Positions 50,401-63,100 of a stretch of 64,000 bases of DNA are shown piece after piece (position 1 is the stretch's first letter; each line of letters starts with the position of its first letter). The DNA comes from Trichosphaerium sp. ATCC 40318 (Eukaryota; Protista; Tubulinea), in contig JALMLS010000377.1 in NCBI GenBank assembly GCA_038496445.1, forward strand, positions 62,001 through 126,000. The letters run 5' to 3'. The notes under the pieces were generated by a model. The model saw only the letters and a program-made list of their open reading frames with translations, did no database searches and had not been told where the DNA came from. The translations under genes and the position numbers were made by a program.

Positions 50401-51293
50401 TCAGTAAGTTTTCTCAACTTGTATATACCCATTTTCATCATACATCTTAAAATTCTTTTTCACACCATCTTCATAAAGTACAGAAACTCTAATGTTACCA
50501 GAATACCAATAAGACTTGAAAATACCATGTTTTTTACCAGATTTATAGAAGCAATGTTCAGATATACTACCATTAACATTCCAACGCTTGTATTCACCCT
50601 CTTTTTTATCATTCACATATAAAGCTTGAGTCTGCAATGCTCCATTATGGGCATAATTCAGTATCAATGGTCCTTGCAACAAACCATCAATGTAGTGACA
50701 ATGCTTTACTAAAACAGAGTTTTCATATGCTTTCCAATCACCATGTAATACACCTTTTTTTTCAGTAAACTCCAAAATCAGCTGTCCACCTTTGTACAAT
50801 CTTTGTTTACCATGGCATTTACCAAATCTGTAGTTCTTATCTTGTACGAGAAGTGTCCCACGAGTCTCTTTGTAAAAACCATGAAGAAGGCCATTTTGAA
50901 ACTGTGCACAAATTATAGACTCGTCCGCTTTAAATCGTTTAAATGTCCCATTTTTCTGCAGTACATTATTATATCTACTGCTTAAAGCTGTTTGCAAGCA
51001 TAGTATTGGCCATTGGATAAACGAGGATTCATCAATGTTAAAAATAATGTGTTGAAGTTCCAGAGGAAGGCAAAGCAGCCGTGAGTCTTTTTGAGTGTAT
51101 AATTTATCAATTCTAGGTTACACATTAGTTATAACTAATTGTCAAATCGCTGCAACGTCCAGGCGTCCACTAGCACTGCGAAGGCGCGAAATATAAAAGA
51201 AATAATAAGCACAAACCTTTTTATCTTGTAACGCTTATCTCCGCTAAATTTCCTGTTCCTACGCCGTCTTTTCCTTGGTGCGCCCTTAGACAT
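50401..51293 (-). CDS. F-box-like + MORN_2 repeat protein with a basic N-terminal exon
   Basis: MSKGAPRKRRRRNRK exon, ~100-nt intron, then LLCLPLELQHIIFNIDESSFIQWPILCLQTALSSRY (paralogous to the 14001-15452 N-terminus) and MORN_2 repeats. Confidence 0.8.
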
Positions 51294-51422
51294 GTTGACA
51301 AAAAAAGTAAAGAAACTGGTTGACTGCGATTGAACGACGTTAAAGATTTTTAGTTTATGTTAGATAGATACTCAATTTTTACATGTTTTGTTTTTTGTAC
51401 AGTTTCTAAAAATTACAACGTC

Positions 51423-54400
51423 CTATGGGATTTGAAACCTTGGTTCATTCTTTGGGCTTGATGCACACTCGGCAAGTGACCCAAATATAGGCTCTAACTT
51501 TTGGGCAATATCATTCCACAGTCCTAAAAATCATAAGTGTCTGTTGTTGATTGAAGGGAAAAAAAAACAAACAAACATACCTTGACCAAATGCGACGTTT
51601 ATTGGATCAATAATGTTCAGGAAGCAAACATTATCAGTACCTGCTATACCAAGTGCACGTGCCAAATCACGATAAAAGTAATAACCTGAATGCACAGTCC
51701 ATAAATAAGTATATTTATACGCGGTAGGATTAGCTCCCCAAGATCCAATATCTGAATAAAAATTAGAGAAAAAAAACCGCTATTCTTCACGTGCATTCAA
51801 GTGGTACACGATAAGATGACTCCCGTCTACGAATCACGGTCATAGCATCTTGCAAACATTGTATAGCCAATTCCTTTGAAGATTTTCCCTTGATTCTTCC
51901 CAGCTCTATGTACTCTTTGAAATACGTCAACACAAAATATCTTTTCTACAAAAGTTGTTTACTTACGATAAAAAGCCTCCACTTGGCGGACACGGATTGT
52001 TGTAATTTCAGCAGCATCCACTATTTCGTTGTATAGGCCAACAAAACGTGCTAGGTACAATGTTAGAGAATATCGTACCACTCAATCGTACGTGTAATTG
52101 TGCACTGAGAAGAAAGAGTCTGAAGTCTTGATGAAATATTTCCAAATCTTGTTGTCATTGCATGAAGTAAAGGTTTTACCTTTGTTTTATAAAATTCATC
52201 TTCGAAAGGATTCTCACTATCAAGAAGAGAAAATCGATCTATTTGAACCACATTAAGAACAAAACACTCCCGTGATCAATGCGAGTACCTGGTTGAGTGT
52301 GCATAATATTGAGATACATTGTTATCTCGCTCTAAAGCAAGTGTTATAGTGGATGCTGAAAAAATCAAGTTTTTTACATACCACCGCATCCCATCCTTGA
52401 ATGAATGCTTGTCCATTCCTCATGTAAATATCATCTGGCAGAACATCGTTTATCTTTCCTAGAACCAATAAATCATGCTGAGCCTCAATAAGATCCGAAA
52501 CAAGTTGAGCCAAGGAAGGACAGTTAAAGTCTTTAAAAATTGTAGCCAGGATCTCTGACGTCGCTTGACTGTCTGTTAGTGCTTCGCTTCGTGGGTTCCA
52601 CGAACTTTCTGCGAGCATAACTACCATGCATTAGACTAAACATTTCATTATTTACACTCACCATCAGACAACCAATAAGCCCACTCCCAACCAGAGTTAA
52701 AGTTGATTTGTCCATGAATTTTCTTGTTCTCTTTAACCTCTCGCTGCGCAATTGTACGCATGTCTGATATTCTAGCAGCACCATAAAGAGGTAGAAATAG
52801 CGGTACATCAATATCATAGCTACAAAAAAAAAATAAGAACTCAAAGTTATAAACATATTCACTGTCTTTCGTACTTTACCCAATAGGCAGTCTCACCATG
52901 ATAAATCACTTCTCTATCACCAATCTCATAAAACAAGAAATCCAACATGTAATTAAAGTTGTTGTTCCCTATCATATCTTAGTCAGAGTTTCGAAACTTT
53001 ATTTCTATTAAAGCACGTACCATAAGTCCCAGGTACAATATCGTTGAAAGTATAGTATTGCACAGTATGGGGGTATATCCCAAGAGATGAATTGGCAAAG
53101 TGAGGCAAGAAGTTAAAGTTGATAGGCTTGTTGGTTCGTGGATCCTGTTTGGAAAAAATATGTAAGCTCTTGTTGTTGAAGATAAGATACCTTGTAATTG
53201 TTGCATGTTTGATCACTTGAGCAATGACACTTGATGTAAGTTGGCTTTTTATACTTTGATAGTGTGTAATCGGCCAGGGCATTCATCCAAGCCTTTTGGA
53301 AATAAGCCAACCGAAAGATAAACGAAAATCAACTTACTAGCATTGTACCACAGTTGGGTTTAGTGAACTCTGAGAATCCGCTTTCTACAATGATATTAAT
53401 ATTGCCGCGGTTAAATCAAAGCATGACAACAGCATACCAGTAGCAATAAAGTCAAAATTCGCTTTCATAAAAAAGTCTGTTGTGTTTCGTATACTAGCCA
53501 ATTGTTCAGAAAGAGTCCCTTTGCCATCTGTCATATGCATTGCATGTTGCTGTTCAATGGCAATAGCGACATCCGCGCCACAAGCAATACCTCGGCTATG
53601 ACAAGTGTCCGTAAGTATTTTAAACCGACGCTGGCGCTCGACACTAAACAATTTGTTAACAAGGTCAAAAGCACAACAACAATGGCAGAAAAGAATTCAA
53701 CAAACCTGAAAGCGAAATCGGACCATTCTTCTGCGGCAAGTATTACCCACTCTAGCCTATTTTGTCTATTGGCTATCATCCACTCTACTCAGAACATCAT
53801 TAGTGAGAACGGCGAGAACGGGGAACGCAACACCTACCCAAAAATAATTCGAACTTTGGCATCAATTTCATCCAGCTGGCGTTGTCAGTAGAGAGACCGC
53901 TGCCAAATCCGTTCAAGAGGGACATGAGCTCTAATGGATGCTCTGTATGGTAATGCACACCTCTTACACCCCACCGTGGAGATTCCTACAACGAATTTAG
54001 TAAGTGTTCTCAGTTTCTCCTGAAAACCGTTCGCTACCTTTATTAACACATCACCAAAAGCTAGATTCAACGATGGAGGGCGGATAGGTTCAAGAGGATG
54101 CAAGAAACTAAAGCCAAGGATTTTTAACATGTGATAAGCAGCGTAATGAGCGCCAGAATTGCCGTTTAGAGGCACCTAAAACGCATAAGTTATAAGTAAG
54201 AAATGAGGTGGGAAAAACGTTCACAGTTTTCAAAACTTGTTTTTTGTGGCGTTAGCTCTTGTTTTTGTAGGCCAACTAATGGATTAATTGTTTTTTTCTT
54301 ATTTTGTGATAAGAACTTTCTGAGTGTCGTACATTTCCTGTCGCGCGACTCCCACGGGCGCAAAGTACAGTAGCGTTCGCTACAGCTGATGTAGACGAAG

Positions 54401-54772
54401 AAATAATATAACCTGTGTATCATAAATTAGCTTGTGTTTGTAAAGCGACAAAAACTAACCTTCAGCGCCTGTGCTCCGTAACGCGCTATCTGTAATGGTT
54501 GCACGCGCAATTCCAGTTTCTCCAATCGTGAATATGTAGGAGCCTTTAGGTACACTTATTGATGTAGAATCGGGTGCGATGACCTACAAACAGTAAGTGC
54601 CTAAAGAAGGGTCAACGGGGTTTTGTCTTACCTGTACATCTGAATGTACGCTCGTGAGATGCTGTACGACAGCGGTTTTAACGTCAGGAAGGACGTCATT
54701 TCCTATTTGTACGTACAACAAGCCACCACACACCAGTACAAGCAGCATTGATGCCAATACCAGCGTACGCAT
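51423..54772 (-). CDS. Conserved uncharacterised secreted protein, possibly a glycoside-hydrolase-like TIM barrel
   Basis: Signal/anchor MRTLVLASMLLVLVCGGLL; motifs GFSFLHPL, RGVHYHTEHPLEL, ANRQNRLEW, ESGFSEF, YIKCHCS, NFNFLP, ETAYWV, DIDVPLFLP, SGWEWAYW. Confidence 0.65.
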
Positions 54773-54970
54773 TGTGCTGTTCAAAATATTAATTATGAAT
54801 TGAAATATAGGACTTGAGTAGTAACCTTTCGGGTTAAAAAAAGTCAACGTCACTTGACCTCAGATTAATCCATCTCAAAAAGGAGACAAAGTGGATAGAG
54901 AGTATTCATATATTTTACAGGTTGTTTTGACAGTATTTACATATTTACAGTATAGTATTGAGATGATGAA

Positions 54971-56211
54971 TTAATTGTATATCGTCTCCGTCCACCAGGA
55001 GTGTTGTTTAATAGCCTCCAAACTAATCCTATCACGCGGATTTTTTGCGAGCAAGCGAGACATTAAATCTTGAAAATTATCAGACAAACCAAAGTGAGCA
55101 GGGAAGTCCACGTCTACAAAAATACTTAGGAATTGTTTCAACCAAAAAAAAAATAAGGCCAGGAAAGAAACTAGCGGCGATTAACATTATGACCATATGA
55201 ACGCACCATCAAAGAGAACGCGTTCTTCCAATCCAGCATACGTAGACGCCATGAAAGGGTATCGATCAGTAAGCATATAATACAAGCTACAAAAAGCCAC
55301 GTCAGAAGCAAATTTTAATAAAATAATTATAAGTCGTACCAAATACCAAGTGACCAAATATCAGCTGCGAGGTCGTGAGGCTGTACAGAAAATATCTCAG
55401 GAGCCATATATAAGGGACTTCCAGCGTATTCTCTACAACAACAATTATTTCAAAAAAAAAAAAATAAAACCGAAAAATACTCGTCTAAGACAATCTCTAA
55501 GCGAGTGTCAAGTATACCAAAAAATTATAAAAAATAAGCGTGTGAAGGTTCCAGTGAAATAAACCAATTGTGAATTCCACTTGCAAAATTTTTTTTTTAG
55601 GTTTTCAAGTATTCGGTTTAAAGGCAAATTTTAACTTACCTAATAAGCCCATCATCCTCGCCCCGCGTAGCGCACAAGCCAAAATCGATTAATCTTACAG
55701 ATCTGTTTGACGCGAGTAAAATGTTGGACAATTTGATATCGTGGTGTACAATCCCTTTACTGTGACAACTTTCAATAGCGTGAACCATACTCCGAAAGAT
55801 TTGCCTGGCTTCCTCCTCGTCTAATCTGCCATGGTGTTGGATCAGGTTAAACAGCGTCCCGCCACGAACAAAGTCCATGAACATGTAGAACACATCACCC
55901 ACTTCTTGTACGCCGTGTAAGTTGATTACGTTAGGCGCTTTTCTAAGTTTACGAAGTACTTCAGCCTCTTGGTACGTCCGTTCCCTTTTCATTAAATAAG
56001 TAAGCGCTATTTTGATCACCCAGTGGAAGTTTTAAACGTACCTAACCGCTTCGTTGCTAATGTCAACGATTTTGACTGCCACTGGTTTCCCAGTGTGAGT
56101 ATGCTGTCCGAGGCGCACCGTAGCGTTACCACCTACCCCTAGAACCTTAGAACTGATAGAATAGGAGCCAATAATATCCGGTATTGGTGGAACTCCAGCA
56201 TTTGCAGCCAT
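54971..56211 (-). CDS. CAMK-group (SNF1/AMPK-like) Ser/Thr protein kinase, kinase domain only
   Basis: [45 protein letters not shown]. Confidence 0.92.
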
Positions 56212-57005
56212 AATAAAGGGAGAGTGGTAGTGTGCTAATTTAGTGATTTGTGGTGGTGAGAGGATAAACGTGGAGAGCTGTGGTGCTACGTTTTATCTTT
56301 TTTGCGTTTTGAATTTTCATAAAACAAAAAAAAAAACCGCAACGAATTTTCTTTCCGCGTGCCACTGCACACTGCATATTCCTGCTCCGGGATTTGACTT
56401 GTGCTATTGTACTCACAGCGCAATGTACTGACATTCCAAGAAGAGCGAAAAACGGCCACAACTTATTTACTATGACGGCTCAAAGTGTGCGGTTTGCAGT
56501 TCTTTCGTTTTTGGACACATTTGCACAACAGACATCATTGCACAATTTAACTGAAGTTAAGGAAATACCAAACACATACGCGGGAACCAAACTCCTGAAA
56601 AATAACTTTCAAAATACTGCAGCACATCAATCGTTGGTGATAGGTGACGTGACGATAACGTGAACAAACCAAAACAATCAAATTAACATATGACAGGCGA
56701 TTGTGACATTGACGCTTAATAGCGTTACAAAAAACGCGTGTAGGCATTAAATACGAACAATTAACCACAATACAATTAGATAAAATTTATACAACACCAA
56801 AAAAAATTACATAAATAATTGCAAAGGTTTTTGTTTTTTTTGCATTCATTTATATTATTTATCGTACTACGCGGTTAGTATATTATGGTGGATAATAAAA
56901 AAAGTAAATAAAACGGTGTTTGAGAGAAAGGTTTTAATATTTTTTGTTTTCCAGTGTACAGCTTGTTACATACTCCCAAGAATGTATACAAAATACGTCG
57001 AGTGT

Positions 57006-57476
57006 TTATACGGCGCTGCTTGGTTTGCTGTGGAATCGTGGGCGTCTGGAGTGCTTTTTTTTGCCTGGTCTCTCTGACCTCAAGTAAACAGCGGTGGTGC
57101 GGAGAGCCATATCCAAAAGATCAGACCTGGCCGACTCGTCACCCTCGCAAAGGGCTGTAACTTTGGCGTAGATATCAACAGGGCTATCAGCTTCAATGTT
57201 GTGTGTTTCTACAGCTTTTCTTGGGTATCTCGCAAGCTTTGACTTTCTGACGAGAACAGTGACGCCAAAGGCCTTTGTTTTGGTTCCAACGAATGGCGTT
57301 ACGCTAATGGAGTCTGATCTGAGGCCAGAGTTAGAGAAATCGTTGCGGTGGGCAAGGTTTCCAGCCTCGGTTGAAAGAGCTACACGAGTGCGTCTTTTAC
57401 GGCCTGTGAAGCGTCCGCTGTGGTTTCTCTTCTTTAAATTGAAAACGAGAGTGTCCGAGGCTTGATTCCAGCTCAT
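57006..57476 (-). CDS. RPL28: Divergent, intronless 60S ribosomal protein eL28-like
   Basis: LSTEAGNLAHRNDFSNSGL (cf. STEPNNL..RNSF.Y.GL), P.KA, RSDLLDMALRTTAVYLRSERP (cf. RPDL..AA.RRASAILRSQKP). Confidence 0.7.
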   Translation of the reverse strand: MSWNQASDTLVFNLKKRNHSGRFTGRKRRTRVALSTEAGNLAHRNDFSNSGLRSDSISVTPFVGTKTKAFGVTVLVRKSKLARYPRKAVETHNIEADSPVDIYAKVTALCEGDESARSDLLDMALRTTAVYLRSERPGKKKHSRRPRFHSKPSSAV

Positions 57477-57535
57477 TGTGATAAGGATGTTACGCTACAA
57501 AAGTTATGCCTTAAAAATCCCGTACTTAATAACTT

Positions 57536-59147
57536 TTATTTCTCGCTTTTTTTTTTTGCGCAGAAGAATGACGGCCACAGTTTCTTCTCAGACTTCTCTA
57601 ACGTAATTACTACGCCCGTATCGCAAAAACAGGTGGTCATTGATTTAACAACAATTCCACCGCTCAATTCCAACTGAGTATTGTACATAGTGTTTAACTC
57701 GGTTTGTAGCGCTAGAGTACAAGTGGTTTCAGTCACGCTGACCGTTGATATGTCTGCCCGAAAGCGTGAGTCTCCTTGAACGCGTAGGTACAGTTTTTCT
57801 ACGTCCTGGCGGACATTCAACGCCGGAAATCCAATCTTATCGTTTGCGTCAAATGACAATTGAGAAGGTGGGTACGCCAAATCGATGTGTTGTTGCAGGT
57901 ACGTAGTGCTTGTTTCTTTGGAGGCTGTGCTCGTTTGTTCCATAGCTGGTGGATGTTTATCTGCTGATAAATGTTGTATATGATTTTTGGCCTTGGATAC
58001 GCCATGGTTGTGTCCGTGTTTGCCGTGTTCGTGTTTGCCGTCTTCGTGGTAATGTATAGATGAAGAATACGGTCCTGTTATAAAAAAAAGTAAGTCCAAA
58101 AATTAGCTGGCGATTACGCACCACAAACACATTGACGCGCGCCCCAGTTTTTAAATAATATAGTTTCTATAGAGTCGAAATCATAGTTATTTTGTTCTTT
58201 GCTTTGAGTTGTTTCTTTTGCAACCTGATAGCCCTCTACGCAAAACAAGATGTGAGTAATTCAAAATGTAAAAAAAGCGAATTGCATTACACGCACTGTC
58301 AAAATCAATTTTCTCATCGTATTTCTCAACTATTGCCTCAGCACTAGACTTTACAAGTGTTTGATGGAATTCCGCGGATTCTTGAGCCAGTTTCCAGGTT
58401 GCTGAACCAATTATAATGTCATAAATTTTTCTATTGACATTTGACATTTTTGCAGCTTCCAAAACGTAAGGAATGGCCCATAATTTATCGTGTCGTTGAT
58501 TTCCTGCTGGTTCTTTTAAATCACCTGTCCAATGCCTAAAAATTGTTTGCTGAAAGACATTTGCAAAATAGTTCGTTGTACTTTGGTTTCGGCTCTGATT
58601 TTGTTACGATTTTGGCTTAAAAAGGATGAGTGGGCGTTTGTCAAAGCGACACATACCTTTTGGGATGTTTTCTGCGTGTTGAATATTTATGATAACGCAT
58701 CCTTTGTGTATTCTGTAGTCTGCATATGTCGAGCAGTGCATACGGACGCAACATCTATCAATTTGTTGATTGCGTACATGTTAATTGCCCGAACGAACCC
58801 AGGAAGCGCGTTTACCGTTTCTTGAACGACTGGTTTCCGTTTCGTTGCCTTAGATGTAGATTTTGGTGCTTCTAGAAGGAGATTGTTTTGTGTTTGTAAA
58901 CGCTGCATGTCAGCTAAAAATCGCTAGGGAGATTGTAAATTACGTAATAGGGCGGTAGTTTTATTATAATACCTTTTGTTCTTCAGGATCGTTAGAAACG
59001 CTTACAAAATTAACAAAGAACTCTCTAAACTGTGGAGAGGTAGCCATGAGCTCAACGAACTCTTTCAAGTCCTAAAACGATTTTAATACTCGTAGCGCTG
59101 TGTTTACGGACTTCTTCCATGTTATCTTGGGTGGTGTTTGTATTCAT
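57536..59147 (-). CDS. PIH1-domain co-chaperone with C-terminal CS domain, DNAAF2/Kintoun-like
   Basis: PQFREFFVNFVSVSNDPE, LPGFV, WAIPYVL, YDIII, then a CS-like C-terminus ending VITLEKSEKKLW. Confidence 0.6.
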
Positions 59148-59440
59148 CGTTTGTCAATAATCGCGGCGTTTTCAAATAGTTGAACGCTGTAGAAAATTGT
59201 CAAATTTACGCGAATTCCATAACATGTTGTAATTGGCAATAAAGTCAAACGGCTTTAACGCTTTGCGTCTACTGATATCTACGCGTAAATAAAATGGCGT
59301 CGTGCTGTCTACACGGTTTTGTAGACAACTAGTTGTACGCTAAGAAAGGTTGTTTGCATTGCAACAAGAAAGTATTTGTTGTTGTAGCAGCTTTGGTAAT
59401 TCTTTGGTGAGTAGAAACCTGAGCAATTGCAAATAAATAA

Positions 59441-59752
59441 ATGACAACAATGCCTGCGGCCTCGCCACAGAAGTCTACGAAGTGTATGTTACTCTCGTAC
59501 AGTTTTGCAAAAAGGTGATAGCGTAGTGTGGTAGTGGCGACCTCTCTGCTGAGAGGCCTGGCGAGTCTTGCAAGTTACATGTTTTTGATGTATTGTTTTT
59601 TAAGTTACGATGAACCACAGCTACTGAGCACCTTTCTGTTTATTATTGGCGCTTTACAACTTATAAACACGAAAACTATTTGCATAAAAAAAAAGTGGGA
59701 TACACAAAATTCGCATAAAACGCAATTTAAATTACGTCACACGGGTCAGTAG
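59441..59752 (+). CDS. Possible small two-TM protein (two exons)
   Basis: ATG 59441 exon plus a ~48-nt intron joins the hydrophobic 59528-59752 ORF in frame. Confidence 0.3.
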
Positions 59753-60127
59753 GTAACTGTAGACACTTTAGATGTTCTTGCACTATCATTATTAGCTGAA
59801 AACTCACTCTTTTTTCTAAAATGAGAAGGGGACATTTTAGAAACGGCATTTTTACCCTTTTTCAGTAGTTGTCGCGTCGGTTCGTTCATATATGAGCATA
59901 GTAAGTGTACTTTACCGTACAGAGAAATGTTATGAACGCTAAACGTAGTTTTTGCAATTGCAAACCGTCTAACGTTAAAATACATGATCATTCTAGCAAC
60001 TAACTACTGGTTTCCGCGCAAAGTGCCAAATAATTTTACAACGCAAGGCGATGACTCACTTTTTCGATAGTCTATTGCGTAAGTATCTACAAAATATGGG
60101 CCTTATGTTACGTTTTATTTTTTTTCT

Positions 60128-63100
60128 TTAAAGAGCAGTATCTGGTCTCCAATGACCGTCATTCTTGTCCAAGACTTCGCCTTTAGAACCACAGTATATA
60201 GAATCGACCTTTGGGTAGTACGCCAACATTGTAATGCACATCTCTTGGTTTGTGCCTTCTCCCTCAAAAGTAGTATTCGTCTACGCACAAGTAAGTAAAC
60301 AACTCTTTTGACAACTGCGCTAAAACCAGTACCTTGCTAGTGGAGTCATAAACACAATGAACAGTTAGTTCATCGTTCTTCTTAATAGTGATATCAACGT
60401 CTCTAAATCGTTGCTCGTTGAAATTGTAGTCATATTCAGCTGGGAACCATCCGATTTTTTTATTATCGCGGTATTGTTCCGTCCTAATTGCCGTAAGATA
60501 TTGCAACACTTCAAGCAGTACGAACCATATCTTTCTACCAAGTCTATGAGCGTGAATGCCAGCAGAGAATACAGTTAGGTCGTAAGGTAATAATTTTGTC
60601 TCATCCTTGGTACAAGTACCAGCAATCTCGTAGTCATTGTGTCCAGGAGGAACTAGTTGCGTTGGTGAAAAGAAAGCGCGTGGCTAAACTGTCACTACGT
60701 ACTTGAAAAATCGTTGGCAGCAAGAAGCAAGAAACCAACATCGAACTCTCTCAAATGTCTAGTAAAGTGTAGGGTAACGCCTGATGAATCGACTCTATTG
60801 GTAGCTACATTAAATTAGAAAAGGTCTAACTGACTGCAAATCCTGTCTGGGCTCGCATTTAGCGGTTATCATTAACGTACCTAATGTTGGGTTATCGTAG
60901 TGGATCTGTAGAACAGCGTAACGCAAATCAGTTCCTTTACCGATCCTCACACCAGCTTGAGGAGGCAAGATAAAGCGAGATTGTGCGCCTACAGCAGAGA
61001 TCCATAGAGGTGTTGCACTCTCTGGCATTGTAAGGCAAGGATAATAACCTTGGCCTGTCAAGTCGTATGGAACTGTGTATAAGAACATATGGTGGACAAT
61101 GCTCTCATCGTCAATCTGTGCGTCGATTCTATGACCGCAAGTGAGAATGGAGAAGGAGTACGGTGAGAAAAAGAATAACTACGCACTCTACAATATGATA
61201 AGGATCAGCCATTTCGCCCAAGTCAAAGGCTTTGCAAATATAGGACGTCTGGTTCGATGATGCGTCCCCGTGAACGCCAACCTTAAAACATAGTTAGCAA
61301 GGGTAGTAGATTCAGCTACAAGTGGCTTGACCAGAAATCGCGTACAGGTATCTGGTAATTTTCAAACTTGAAGGTTTTTTCTTGGCAGTCTTGGCAGTGT
61401 TGGAAAGGAAGTACAACTGGGTCAAAAGGAACATCTGCTACGAGGTATACAAGGTAACCAATTAATGCGAGGTTAATGATCTAATAAATATGTGAGGAAT
61501 AGCTACAACTTGGTAGTTGAACGTACAAAAGCCAAAATACGCAGTTTGTTGTTCATTAGAATCTCCAAAAAGCTTGGGTTGACATACGCATCTTGTTTCT
61601 TTGGACTGCTTTTAGGTTTACGAGTGCTTGCATCTTCTTCATCACCAAGCTCTTCGAGTTCGATATTATCTGACTCATCGTCATCAAGTACAGGCTCATC
61701 AGGAGCACCGACTATAATTCCATAGGTTAACATACGATAATTTTCTTTTTGTTAGTTAACAACGTACCATAGGCGACTTTGTCGTTCTTAAAGTGGTAGT
61801 ACCATTTTACACTTTCTTCAATACTTATGAAGATAATAAATACAACGAACCAAGCAACAAATGCGTAGACAATCATCATAGATACATCATAAAGGATAAT
61901 ACCTATCAAATAAATTGTTAACAATAGACCACCCAAAAAAAAAAAGTACCAAGAACGATGTTGGATAGCGCTGCGATAGTGGTGACACCACCGACAATCC
62001 AATGAATGATATTAGGGAAAACAAGAGTCTAATAATACAAGTTAGCTCTGTAGCGTTCACTCATGGAGATTCACAAAAACTTACTCTTCTACGGTTAGGG
62101 TCGTAACGCCAGTGAGCCAGCAGACCAAGGAGAGGTTGAAGGATAGTCAAGATAACGACAATCATTCCCAAGATTTCATGCGGTTCTGTAAAGTGTTCGT
62201 TGTCTTCTCCTTTCCATGCGACAATAAGAACAAATGCAGTCAATACTAACTAAGAAAGCAGTTATAAATCGCTTGAAACTAGATTTTTTTTTTCAAGTCG
62301 TACCAATACTGCAAAACATTGAAGGCTGACATGAATCCAAAACCATGGTTTCCACACCTTACGTAGATAACGTGCAACATAGTTACCGCTACAAGCTAGG
62401 AGAACCCACGCTAGAATCATGATAATACCATGAATGGATTGGCTGTTTATTTTTAGTAATCAGAATACACCAAAGAAAAACATAAAACAATAACGTACGC
62501 AGCTCCATGATAATCTGTCTGACCAACATCGAAGTCACTGTCTCCAGAAAGAAAATTAATATACGCTGCACCAGCAGACTCATGCTTGTCGTCGATTTTT
62601 TCTTCCTCAGTAGTCTGTCCGTCATCTTCTCCAAGAGCTTTCCAGAGGTTAATTTGTGGTACACACTAGTTGCGTATCAAGCCACGTACCCCATATTACT
62701 GGGAGCATCATATCGGCAAAATCAACATCGTACACGTCAGAATTTGTGAGTGGTCGCTCAAATTCGAGTATAGTCCATCCGTCTTTCTCCGAACCTCCAA
62801 TTACTACAATATCACTTGTTCCACCCAAAGCAGTGTCAAGTTTAGGTTCTTCACGGTCTTCACCAATATAACCATCATAGATGTGCGCAACTCCATTTGA
62901 TACCCAACCATATATAGCATCTGAGCGAATCATATCTGGAGTGCCAGAAAATCCAATGGCGACCTGGTAGTGTTGTTACAAAGAGTGGTTTGGGTTGTTT
63001 CTTTACGCGTACCCAACCTGTAGTTTTTGCTTTAACTTTGAAGTGAATAGTGTTTTCATCAGGATGTATATGCCATTCAACACCAAAAGTGTCATCTTCG

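Noticed and set aside
755-51795. Frequent CACGTG (E/G-box) motifs as a regulatory signal
   Set aside because: They occur in exons and introns as well as intergenic DNA and overlap general ACGT/donor-site enrichment; cannot be supported without statistics.
59455-59570. Possible snRNA or RNase MRP (CCTCTC-TGCT-GAGAGG hairpin)
   Set aside because: No matching conserved boxes; better explained as a small spliced membrane-protein gene.
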